This document shows positions 12,128 through 23,900 of a stretch of 64,000 nucleotides of DNA, in pieces; position 1 is the stretch's first letter; each line of letters begins with the position of its first letter. The translations under genes were made by a program, and so were the position numbers. The notes under the pieces are model-generated. The model saw only the letters and a program-made list of their open reading frames with translations. It did not search any database and was not told the origin of the DNA. Source of the DNA: Magallana gigas (Eukaryota). The stretch covers positions 48,732,001-48,796,000 of the forward strand of contig NC_088855.1 of the NCBI RefSeq assembly GCF_963853765.1, in the 5' to 3' direction.

Positions 12128-15100
12128 CGGAACAATAGGTATGATGAAATCAGCTCAATGGAGTCATAATACAAACTATCTGGACAATGTACAATAATAC
12201 ATGTAGATCATGTATAAATAAAATCCATTTTCCCCTGGATATTCTTATGTTTATAATCATTAGTCCCTTTTCTAACAGGATGATTTTATAGTCATATCAT
12301 ATGTTGAGTATTGCAGTTCTCAAAAAGATCCATAACAATAGTTTATATATGGGATATAAACGTACATCAAACTCTGAACCTTCTCATGAGGCCAAAGAAT
12401 TGTCCTGGGGCCAAAGTCTTAACAATTATAAAGAATCATCTGGCTGATTAGTTTCTGAGAAGATTTTTAAAGATTTACCCTATATATTCCTTTGTTAAAC
12501 TTTGACCCCCCCATTGTGGCCCCAACCCTACCCCTGGGGATCATTATTTTCACAACTTTGAATCTACACTACCTGAGGATGCTTTCACACAAGTTCCAGC
12601 TTTCCTGGCTGATTTGTTTCTGAGAAAAAGATTTTTAAAGATTTACTCTGTTTATTCCTATGTAAAACATCGATCCCCCATTGTGGCCCCACCCTACCCC
12701 CGGGGGTCATGATTTTCACAACTTTGAATTTACACTACCTGAGGATGCATCCACACAAGTGTTAGCTTTCCTGGCTGATTAGTTTCTGAGAAGAAGATTT
12801 TTAAAGATTTACTGTATATATTCCTATGTAAAACTTTGATCCCCCATTGTGGCCCCACCCTACCCCCGGGGGTCATGATTTTCACAACTTTGAATCTACA
12901 CTACCTGAAGGATGCTTCCACACAAGTCTCAGCTTTCCTGGCCGATTAGTTTCTGAGAAGAAGATTTTTAAAGATTTACTTTTTATATTCATATGTAAAA
13001 CTTCGACCCCCCATTGTGGCCCCACCCTACCCCCGGGGGTCATGATTTTCACAACTTTGAATCTACACTACCTGAGGATGCTTCCACACAAGTCTCAGCT
13101 TTCCTGGCCGATTAGTTTCTGAGAAGAAGATTTTTAAAGATTTACTCTATATATTCATTTGTTAAACTTCGACCCACCCATTGTGGCCCCACCCTCAGGT
13201 GAGCTAAAAAGGTTAAGTTTACAATTCAATAAGTTGGTTTCTGGAAGAACAGACTTTGAAAATTTTCGTAATAAATATTGACAAATTTGTTACTTTTTTA
13301 ATCTTTAGCTTTTAAGATCTCTGTAAAAACATAGAATTGTGAGCAAATCTCTGTATATTGCTTATAATTCGAAGCTTAACACTCAAATATGGTTAGTAAA
13401 TAGAAATTGTAGGGTAACAATTAAACACAAGAAACATGCACTACATGTATAACAAATAAAGAACACAATTTATTTTTTCGAAATGAATCATATATATATA
13501 TACATGTATATACCTACATATTTCCGTCAGCGATATCAAACTCTATTTAAACTGAATAAACTCGAGAAAATGCCGAGCATCTCAACAAAACCTACTGCAT
13601 TAATCTACCATTACCCAAAAGATAATGCCGAATTACCGATAGAATGAATTGTATTTCAGTACCCCTACATCAGATTTTGCTTACCGTATATACTCGCCTA
13701 TAAGTACGGTTCGCCTATAAGTCGGTTGCCTTTTTCCAGCTTTAATTTGAAGATTTTGCTGTTGACTCCTTTATAAGTCGGGTTACTTTTTCAGGACAAT
13801 TGATGTACAGATACTCTCAATAAAATACCACATTTTATCATACATGTTTTGAGTTCTAAAAAAAATTGTCCTTTTTTTCACCCCATAATTTCTTCTAGAC
13901 TATTTCTATCATGGGTCTATGATGTTAATAACTTTTGATTTAAATGCCATTATTTTTTATAACACTAATTACAAGTTGTTAATAGCTTCAAAACTACCAG
14001 GTATTAAAATAGAGTCCTTTTGAAAATTTGATGATAGTGATTTATTTTCTTAATGACTGATTAGGTTGGTAATTAGCCCCTTAAACTGGGGTGTTGGCTT
14101 GTGTTGTTTTAGGTGACATGACCCCTATATCTATTATCACCTTAGGTGTGAAAAACAGACTGCTTGAATTTTCTTTTTATGAACACAGGTTCAATGCATT
14201 TATCATAATCTGTTTATTATTTAAAAAGAAATATAACTTACTTCTCTCTTGTGAAATTTTTTTTACTATGTCTCGCCTATAAGTCGGACCCCCACTTTTC
14301 ACTCAATTTTCTACTCCCAAAAATCCGACTTATAGGCGAGTATATACGGTATGTCGAAACCTTTTTATATTCAACAAAAAATCACAAACATGGGATGTAC
14401 TATGCACAATCACAATACGCACACAACAAAACAAATCTTAGATCAATTAACAAACAAGTTGTGTGAAGACATTTTGATAACATCATGAATTCAGGATGAC
14501 ATAACTAATAACGTGATAGCTTTACAAGAGGACTTGGTTCTCTGACCGTCTTGGGAATTGAAATTGTGTAATTAATGATATATCAAAGATGTAGATTTTT
14601 TTGAAGATATTGAATTTAAAACTTTGTTTCTTGAACATTTTTCTCTATCTCAGTTTTAACATGGTAGACCTCTTCGTAGGTCTTTGTGAATGTTGAATAG
14701 ATAGAAATTGTGTATCAGCAGTAAAATTATTGCCTGTCCTTACTAAATGATATATAATTATAATTCGAAGCTTAACACTCAAATATGGTTAGTAAATAGA
14801 AATTGTAGGGTAACAATTAAACACAAGAAACATGCACTACATGTATAACAAATAAAGAACACAATTTATTTTTTCGAAATGAATCATATATATATATACA
14901 TGTATATACCTACATATTTCCGTCAGCGATATCAAACTCTATTTAAACTGAATAAACTCGAGAAAATGCCGAGCATCTCAACAAAACCTACTGCATTAAT
15001 CTACCATTACCCAAAAGATAATGCCGAATTACCGATAGAATGAATTGTATTTCAGTACCCCTACATCAGATTTTGCTTACCGTAATTTGTGCAGGTAAAC

Positions 15101-15949
15101 AGTTAACTGTTTGATTTACCGAAGTCTCTGTTTGATTTGATACGTAAAAATCACGAAATACAGACGATAGTTCCCAGGTTACAAAGCATAAATAATGAAA
15201 ACGAAACGAAAATCAGAACAAGCTAACACCAACGTCATGTGTGAAAACTGTCAACGCATTGAAATATTTAGCCTTAATTTACTTCACAAAATGGGCCCCA
15301 ATATATTTTGCATGTTTCAAAAATTTCCCTTCATACGTGAACAGTTGCATAGCAAGCAAATTCATCATAGTCAGATCGACCCTTTTTCGTAAAATGTCAT
15401 GGCTGCTTTAAACAAATAACCTCATTTTAGAAGTATGGAATACGAGTCTTGGTAAAATGGGTATGCAAACCCGGGCCGTGGCAAAATTAAAGCCGGGGCA
15501 GATCGGCAATCGTCAATTCCAAATACGCATTATTTTGCAGCAATATTTACAGCGAATACAAATATACTGGTCCATCAAATATCCCGAAATTTTAATGAGA
15601 TTGGCAGATTAATACCTGCCAATCTTTTGTTTTGCTCAGGACAAGTCTTGCCTACCCATTTTACCGTATGCCGAGCCCGAAGCTATTAAACTGATTGAAA
15701 CACGCATTTCCTTTATTATTATTTTCGTAATAACTCAGATTTGAAACAGAATTAGCACTCAATTTTTGCAATTTATATTTTCCTTCCCATAAGGATAATT
15801 TATGCTAAACTACGTTGAATTGAACTCGGTAGTTCTTGAGAAGAAGATTTTTAAAAATGCACCCCCCTTTTTCTACAGTTTCAAGGTTTTCTCCGCTTTG
15901 AATACAGATCGGACTTTTATTTCTGCAATTTATATTCGCCCTCTCATGA

Positions 15950-15981
<32 letters not shown>

Positions 15982-16063
15982 ATAAGCGGTTTTAGAGAAG
16001 AAGTTCAAAATGTAAAAAGTTTACAGACGGACAGACGGACGACGGACAAAATGTGATCAGAAT

Positions 16064-16101
<38 letters not shown>

Positions 16102-17335
16102 GAGAATTGGCACACTTGGCTGGCAAGGATGAATGGAAATGATTTTTTTCAAAACAGAGATTTCAGGTTTTGTTATTGGAATTTAAGTAATTCCTCCATC
16201 TTCATCTTTGGAATTTCAATGCAGGTTTAAATGCACTTTATGTACATGCATTACATATAATTTGGATCTATAAACACTAAACTTACTCAATATCTTCCAC
16301 TGCATGTCGTTTATTTCTCCTTGGTGAGACACTGCATGATGCTCTTGGACTTGTCCTTTAATGAGAGAAATCAGAATTTAAAACCAATAGCCGTAAAATG
16401 GTGAAAAAAATTGCACATTCATTGTAAAGCAAATCAAAATCACTAATTCAGAAAAACTCTTTTCCAAAAGCTGGTACAAAGGAAAAACAACAACAAAATA
16501 TTTACACTGTGCTGTAACTCTGTGAAACTGTGGGTTTGCCTGAGAAAGTTGTGACACCTGAATTCACTGTACCATACACTTGATCAGTCCATGGCATATT
16601 GTTAGGGACAGAATGCTGCCACGACACACCCATTCCTGGCACCACTTGCTGAGGGTTCATGTAAGTGCTGGAGTAAAGTCCTATGTGCTGGTTTGATTGT
16701 AAACCTTGTAAAAAAGATTGAAAAGTGACTATACAATAATTAATATCATGTAATCCAATTTTGTATTTTTGTTGTCAAAATGGGTATAATTAGTTTTCTG
16801 TTTTGTAATTTGTTAAGCTGATCATGAGATTACCCTGGTACACTAAAATAAAAACATATGGCAGTTCATCAAAGACTAATTTCACATTTTTCAGGCACCA
16901 GTACATGTATAAAATACTTCATATAAAATCTGAATAAGTTAGCTACTGGCATCATGCTGCATGCCACCAATTCTTGCCAAGGACCATTTCTCACCAGTGC
17001 ATTAATACGTCATTTTTCACCAGTAGAATAGATTGTTGCATCATTTCTCGTACATATCTTTATGTGTTGATAAAATGATGTAACAATGCACTGGTGAAAA
17101 TTGGTCATATGCCAGTATATGTCTTAAATAGATTTAGTGATTGAGCAATACCTGCATTTAGTTGACTTGCTGATGTAGGAACAGCAAATGTGAAATTTCC
17201 AGGATAGTTGCATGGTCCAACGTTATTCTGCATTGAGGTGTAATTGATGATGTCAGGTTTTTGACCGAATTGGCCAATGTCTGGAACGTAGTTATTGTTG
17301 GCGAAGGCACCGATGTCAGGATTTGTCATATTCAT
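8149..17335 (-). CDS. CCDC117: CCDC117-like protein (HPIP/CCDC117 family), 7 coding exons
   Basis: Exons (minus) 17335-17152, 16704-16506, 16355-16287, 11553-11356, 10091-9936, 9502-9329, 8203-8149 join in frame. SPRRNKRHAVEDIE, LQRLKELEKR, PQKILEDI-NKPNLQVVVWKPP and an acidic MDID end parallel the recalled human CCDC117 motifs (RKLQEIEDR; KKMIESMSRPSMELVLWKPL). Probable non-coding first exon ends at the donor near 17643. Confidence 0.72.
8454..8952. repeat. 70-bp minisatellite, about 7 copies, last intron of the CCDC117-like gene
   Basis: gtaattcagtggtataatatggtagaattggtacacgtaatacaatgtcaatattgttccgacaatggtt recurs at 8461, 8531, 8601, 8671, 8741, 8811, 8881. Confidence 0.95.
10182..11305. 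mobile_element. Tc1/mariner-type MITE with imperfect TIRs
   Basis: Left end tataatacgcactcgtgtataatacgcacccccc; right end gtgtgtgttatacacgcgacattacgg; subterminal catgcacccc repeats at both ends. Confidence 0.55.
12095..13210 (-). mobile_element. Helentron-associated non-autonomous element (HINE) with ~167-bp Cg170-like satellite array (about 4.3 units)
   Basis: Ends aacaagaggcccatgggccacatcgctcacctg ... ctcaggtgagctaaaaa (subterminal gctcacctg inverted pair). Unit gaagatttttaaagattt...tgtggccccaccctacccccggggg recurs about every 167-168 bp in 12445-13195. Architecture matches published Crassostrea HINEs as recalled. Confidence 0.85.
13362..13688 (+). repeat. ~325-bp direct repeat, copy 1
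   Basis: No differences seen by eye from 14758-15084 (ttataattcgaagcttaacac...cagattttgcttaccgta). Confidence 0.95.
13684..14349. mobile_element. Tc1/mariner-type MITE
   Basis: Perfect TIR ccgtatatactcgcctataagt / acttataggcgagtatatacgg with TA on both sides. Confidence 0.9.
14350..14749 (+). repeat. ~400-bp segment paralogous to NBN intron 26568-26956
   Basis: tatgtcgaaacctttttatattcaac...gcctgtccttactaaatg occurs in both places, same strand, with scattered substitutions and one indel. Confidence 0.92.
14758..15084 (+). repeat. ~325-bp direct repeat, copy 2
   Basis: No differences seen by eye from 13362-13688. Confidence 0.95.
15700..16099 (-). mobile_element. Truncated HINE-like element
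   Basis: One Cg170-like unit, an (acgg/acag)n microsatellite at 16026-16048, and the terminal palindrome gctcacttgagctttcagctcaggtgagctaaaaa. Confidence 0.75.
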
Positions 17336-17642
17336 CTACTTATTTTCAAATGCAGGATTTTCATGTTTATGGGAGATGACACAACGCCTGCAAATTTAAA
17401 TAAAAAATCCAAAAACTTTCACAATATTTATGAACATACAACCATTAAAGCAAAGTGTCATCTATAAATGCAAATAGATCACAGAGTTGTATAAAAAAAA
17501 AAACAGTCAGTAGGAATATTCCGCATTTTTCTAGAATTTTCCCCTGAACAATTTTTAAATTTCGATGGGATAACGTTGTACTGTTTACATAAAAGTCATA
17601 TCAGCATTGGTATTGAGTTAAACAGTATTATAAATTACTCAC

Positions 17643-17796
17643 TTAAACTAATACTACACAAAATAAGTGCCTTGTTTTGTGTATTGTAACAATAGATATA
17701 TCATTGAGAAAAATAACCGGAAGCAGCTGATTGCTGTAGTTTTCAATAGTCGCAAAATAGCAAGAATATGTTAAATTATTCTTAAAATACAATAAC
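17643..17796. promoter_or_regulatory. Putative bidirectional promoter and first non-coding exons of CCDC117-like (-) and NBN (+)
   Basis: Minus-strand donor gtgagt next to 17643 and plus-strand donor gtaagt at 17797, only 154 bp apart. Central ETS-type CCGGAAG at 17717-17723 plus CAGCTG. Both ATG exons are preceded by acceptors (17336 and 17947). Confidence 0.6.
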
Positions 17797-17959
17797 GTAA
17801 GTTTTTAAACCATGAAACGTTAAAAAGATTTTTTTTATGATGATATATATATTCTTAGTAAGTATATGAGACTGTCCTTAGCTATAGAAATTTACGACAT
17901 TTATCATAAATCAACCCGCGGGAAAAGTCTACTTTCATTTTTGGCAGAGAAATCTTGCT

Positions 17960-20900
17960 ATGTGGCTTTTAAAACCACTGTCAGAATTAGGTAGCATATC
18001 TGGATCTTACTTTAATAGTTTTTACATATAATTAGATTGAGAAACGGGGGCACGCTGCTTTAATTTGTTTTATTGAAACTAAATTAAATTATTCATTTCG
18101 TTTTATAGGTTCAACTTTCAATTTGCTGTCAAATGCTGTTTATATCGTCGGCCGAAAGGACTGTGAGATTCTTCTTCCTTCGGATCAAGCTGTCAGCCGA
18201 AAGCATGCGCAGATTAAAGTGTCTCATCTTGAAAATAACATTGTAAGTTTGTAAATGTTTAGGAAGGTTCGTTTATATTTGCGACTGTTGCTTAAAAATT
18301 TTTCTACTGTATTATCTGTATTCATATTTTCGGTAATAATTATGCTGTCAAATGTCAATGAATGGTTGAATCAATTTATACTCAGTGACATTCATTAACA
18401 AAATTTACCAGATTAATTATTAATCAAATTCTAAGTTAAGATATATAATTAATTGTGGAAATGTTGTGCAAATTTAATATTTTCAATCCCTAAAGTTACA
18501 ACCCTCGAAATAAATTTATTTGAATCAACAATTGTTTTTTCCTTAAAGCCCCAGTTTTTCTCCCATGGGAGAAACTTTTTTTTATCAGGGTCTGCTGTCA
18601 ACAAAAGGTTACAATCCAGTCAGATTTATGACTCTGCAGTGATGCTCTGCCTAAAAAGCTACAGCATTACTGAATGAAATAACAAGAATGTGTTGAAATT
18701 TATTCCCACTTGTGTCCAAGGTAAGGAAAACTAAGTGGGTTTGGATACCTTGACCGTACTAATTTTAAAACAACCTTGTCCGCAAAACCTTCAAGATATT
18801 GAAGATGTGGAATAGTTCAGACTCGGACTATAAGAGTGATAATGGTGACTGAATATTATGTAAATATGGTTTATTTGCTGTGATAAATAATTGCTACTGT
18901 TAATTAATTGTATTAATTTGAGAAATTTTACTTAAAAAGTTAGCAATTGGTGTTTATCAATGAAAGTCAGTGATATACCAGCAGTGCTGAGCTGACGGCT
19001 CTGCAACTCAGCTGCTCTATATACAGCTGAATCTAATGCTAGGTGACAGATTCTGATAACAAACCAATTAAATTGAGTTTAAAACAAGCAGTGTGTGTCA
19101 TACAGTGGCTGCATTAAATTCCCCCGAACTTGGGGCTTTAAAGGTATGCAAAACTAGATGTTCATATGTCTGCTTAGACAATTTTAACAATGTACTTACA
19201 AATTGTTGTGATATTTATTTATTGTTTTAAAGACAAAACCAGATAGAACACCAGTAGCTGTTTTGACTGACCTCTCAAAATTTGGAACATGGCTAAATAA
19301 TGTGAAATTGAATAATGGTGAAGAAAAACTACTTAGTGATGGAGACCAGATCATGTTTGGATCGCCAAAGTCTTCTTTCTTGTGAGTGCAAATTTCAAAT
19401 CTATACGGAAAATAAACACATGGTGTTGTTATATGAATTTTAAACCATTTAAGACAAAGAATAATGTCTCGTTTCAAATTGTGAAATAAATTTGTACTGG
19501 TGTTACATATTCAACTTCAAAATTAAAGGGTCACGGTTTGAGATGAAATTTTTCTAAAATTGATTCACTGGGGTATTTCTAATGTTCAACGAGTATCCAA
19601 ATATCAGATATGGAGTTACAAGCGTGAAACAGAGGTTCCACTTTTAGTTAAGTAACCAAGGCTTGTGCCTTGAATTGTTTACATTGTTTACATTTACATT
19701 AAATAAACTGGTAAAAAGCTTTGTCTTAAGAAAATTCTATCTATTTGCCAGCCTAGTTTCTTCTTAAATGAATTGAGAGCACTGTATCTCACTTATAACA
19801 TGGTGAATGACATTTAAATATTGGTTGACTATTGGAAATATTGTAAAGTGTAAACACTGGAAGAATTTTGAAAATAGAAAAATAAAATTTGAAAGTGACA
19901 ATGCCCTCTTACATCCGTACATTAATACATTTGCAGTGTTTTATAATTATTCATTGCTGTGTGGTATTTGGTAAGTTTATTTGTTTAATCTATGGATTTT
20001 ATTTATGCTAGAGCTTTAATTTTCCTTGTTGGATTAGGGTGGTTTATGAACCCTTCATTATTTCCACATCTTGTCTGGATAATCCATCAAAGAAGCTGGT
20101 GCGGACACTTCTGACCTCATTAGGGGGTCACATGGTCAACGAGTGGAGATCGGACTGCCATCTGTTGGTGATGAACAACCTCAGTGTCACTATCAAGGTG
20201 AAGGTTATTTTTAGATTGTTACAAAGAATATGAATTGTTCCTTTATTATTTTGGTAAACATTGTATTCACATGAAATCAGAGAAGCTGAATACAACTTAT
20301 TCTTTTACTTGCTTATTGTATCAAGTATATGTATTGTAATTGGTGCTTTTTGAGAAAGGAAATCTCTGATATTTCAGGTCATCTCAGCTTTAGTTTCACA
20401 AAAGCATATTGTAACTCCAGCATACCTGGAAAATGTTGTGAAAAACATGAAGGAGGGTGCTGCAATGCCAGATCCAGATTTGTAAGTTGATAATTTTATA
20501 TGCTCTCTCTTTCCCCAAACTGTGTTTTAAAAGTTAATGAATTGTGACTACATTTTTATGGTACATATTATTTTAAACACAGAATCTGTTGTACAAGTAT
20601 GACATAGATTATTTAAGACTTTTAACAATTAACATAATATTAATCACTGAACATTTTCAGGTTTCTTCCAAATATATCTGAAACACAGATAAACCCTGAC
20701 CAGGTTTCATTTAAACCAGATGTGAAGCGAGCAACAATATTCCAGGGAATGAAGTTTATATTTCTCAGTGCTAAACAGGTGATAAAGATTGTTAAAGAGA
20801 GTTTCAAATGTCCAATATGCCCATTCCTTTGCAGTGACTGGTAACTGTCAGAAATTATTTGTTCATATCTTATATGTGGCTTTAATGTTTGAATACATGT

Positions 20901-23900
20901 ACCTGTATGAGTGGTTGTCTTGTTGGGTTTATTTTATAACTTGACAGCCTACTGCAAAATCTTGCAAAAATTAATGCCTTACTTAATGATTGAATATTTT
21001 TCTTGATTCTGGAGGGAAAATATTGTTTGTTTCAAGTACCCTCAAATATCATTGTTATTTAAAGTTCAAGAAGATGAGTCTGACAGTGGAGATGGGAGGG
21101 GGACTGCCCATTCTGATGGATGACCCGTCCAGTGGTGACCTTGAGATGTTGGTGGAGCCAGGGTCAGTGGTGATGCAGAGCGACCCCTCCGACGCTTCCC
21201 AGGGGTTCTCACAGCAGAATGTGGACTGGATCACACAAGTCATCAAGTACATTAAAAAGTATAGCCATGCAATTACTAAAAAGTGCAATTTTAAATCTTT
21301 AGAATCTGTTTGTCCTAGGGTGATTATAATGTTTTGTCTTTGCCCTTGTAGACACAAAAAGCATTTGATTCAGGATGCAGAGTTGGGGTTTGCAGTTCTC
21401 CATTGCTCCACAGAACAGCATTGTAACCCAGATGTGCCATTTAGTGAGTATTATGTTCATTGATCAAGATTGTTTAATGCCCTTTTCATGCCTGTTTTGC
21501 GGTTATGTTGTCATGTATTTCATTTTACAAATGCAGTGAGTCAGATACCGCAGCCACAGATTCCGTCCCAGTCACTCACACAGACAGACATACTGGCTCA
21601 CAACACAGAACCAGGGGCTAGGTACCACCATCAGAACTCTGCTGCTACATCAAAGCTTTACATGAATATGCTATGTTATGATAAATATTGTATGTACCTG
21701 TTTTTTGTTTATTTTTAGATCACCTGTGATTGAAAGTAGGAATGACCCTAGTAAAATAGATGAGACTACAATAGAACCACCTAGAAATGTAAGCAAAATC
21801 ACTGTGTTATGATTTAGAAATCCCAAAAGAGATTTTATCACCCCCCACCCCCAAATGTATAAACAAGAGTAATGTATGTTTCGAAGACTTTTCCAAGATT
21901 TTTTCACTTGATACATATTGATGAACGAGAGCAATTCAACTCTCTCCTAATTTTTGACCTTGACTTTTCCTATGAACTTTACTTCACTTTTACTTATTTT
22001 GCATTTAGCTAAGTTTCAAAAGAGACTGGTCAAGATATTTTCAAGATATTTTAATGAAATTTTAAACTTCAAATTTGGTAAATATTTTTCAGAGAGAATT
22101 ATTTCTCTTGTCCCCATATTTTTCTGTCAACTCTGACCTGCGAGAAGATAACATATCATTTTCAAAATGTTGCATTACAAATAAAGAGCAAGATATTCAT
22201 GTACTATAGGCATATTTCTTTAGAAAGTTTAGTAAAATCCTTTGATAATCCATCCTTCCTCAATGCAGGATTTGACAAGAACAAGATCCTCCAAGAATCA
22301 ATCAAAAAGGTCTATTTCCACAGCTCCGAGGCTAATGTCGGAAAACGAAACCATGAAAGAATCAAACGAACAGGAGACCCTAGAACCTAGTTCTTCAAGG
22401 TGATAAAATAATCATATGAGAATATAAAATAAAATTCCTGTGAGCATCATTGTGCTTTATAAATGATGTTTTAGATGCCGTGATTTCCTTTTAATGATCA
22501 TTTTTTTGGCATTCAGGAACACAGCATTATCTGACACAATGGATGGACAGTGTTTAGGAAGGCAGGTCAAGAAAGAGAAGATTACTCCTGATAAACGGGT
22601 TCCTTGTAGACAAAGTCCAAGAAGGTCCCCTAGTCCAGTTTCCATGAGAGTGTCACCAAAAAGGCCCACAGAAACGAATCACGATTTCCAAAGTCCTGGT
22701 CCAAGTAAGTCTAGCAGAAAGTCAGACGGTCAGAGAGCCCCAGCCTCAAAAGTCAAAGTAGAACTACAGGATGATTCAGATGAATTCAGTGCAGTGTATG
22801 AAACAGAGAAGGACAAGAAAATTGTCAAAAATTTGGAAAATGAGGAGTGGTCTTCAAAACACAAAAATACGGCCAAGAAAGAATCTAGACTATCTCTGAA
22901 AAAACCCAGTCCTGATAAACCAAGTCCATCAAAAGTGTCATCCAGTGCAAAAGGTAGAGAGAAAAGAAAAATTATTGTAGAGGACTCGGATGAAGAAGAA
23001 TTGCCTAGTTCAAAGAGGTCCAGGAATCAACCTCAGATACAGGAGGATGAAGAAGAGGACTTATTTGAAGTGAGGCCAAGTCAGTCGCGAGGGTCAAGTT
23101 CAAAAACAACCAATATGGAGACAAATTTAGAAAGCTCCAAAGAAAACAAAGAATCCAAGTCCAGATCCTCTCCCAGAAAAAAAAGCAGGAATTTGTCAGA
23201 GGAAGCTGGGTCTGATGAGGACCTATTTAATGTAGGCCTACCTGTGGACTCGCCTGAAAAATCATCAAAGAAATCAACAAAGCATTCCCGCACATCCCCG
23301 GAGAAGTCCAAATCACCAGAAAAGGCAGTCTCCAACAGACAAAGAGAAACCAGTAATTCAGAAAATGGGCATATTTTTGTTAAAGAGGAAATTCAAGAGG
23401 TTAGATAGAATATGTATGAGATTTCATTTGAAGAGAATTTTTTAATTTTAATAGGGATTGTTTTATGTGTTTGTTTATCCTACTGCATTTACTCTGTAGC
23501 AATATGAAGCAGGAGAAAATGTTCAAAACCTGCATGTGGCTCCAGATTCTGATGGTTTTCTGTGTGCTAGAGTACAGCCAGGGGTGAGTTTATATGTAGT
23601 TCAGTACATGTATTTACTATATATACATAATAAGTTACCATGTAGAATATACCTGCATTATTTATGCATTAAAAACAGCAGAAAACTGTGTCAGGGCTAG
23701 CTCAAAGTTTTTTTCCATAAAGAATGTTGTTTGCTATTGTAGACTGGAGCTATAAAGTCAGAGTATGTAGATGAAAAAGATTTACCATCAGGGTGCATTC
23801 TGACAAAATTTGTTGACTTGGTAACCCGCCCAGTGCGACCAGCACCAACAGTTTCAGGGGAGGCCACTCCTCAAGGCTACATCAGATGGAAAGGAAAACT

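Noticed and set aside
18453-18677. Extra NBN exon after the acceptor-like ttttttatcag
   Set aside because: The FHA domain reads continuously from 18242 to 19233 without it, and the frames here hit stops.
23081-23335. Antisense ORF, and similar ones at 2769-3044, 19196-19477, 21055-21357, 29216-29452, 31081-31299, 45267-45458 and 46231-46491
   Set aside because: Shadow frames opposite real exons; no independent splice or homology support.
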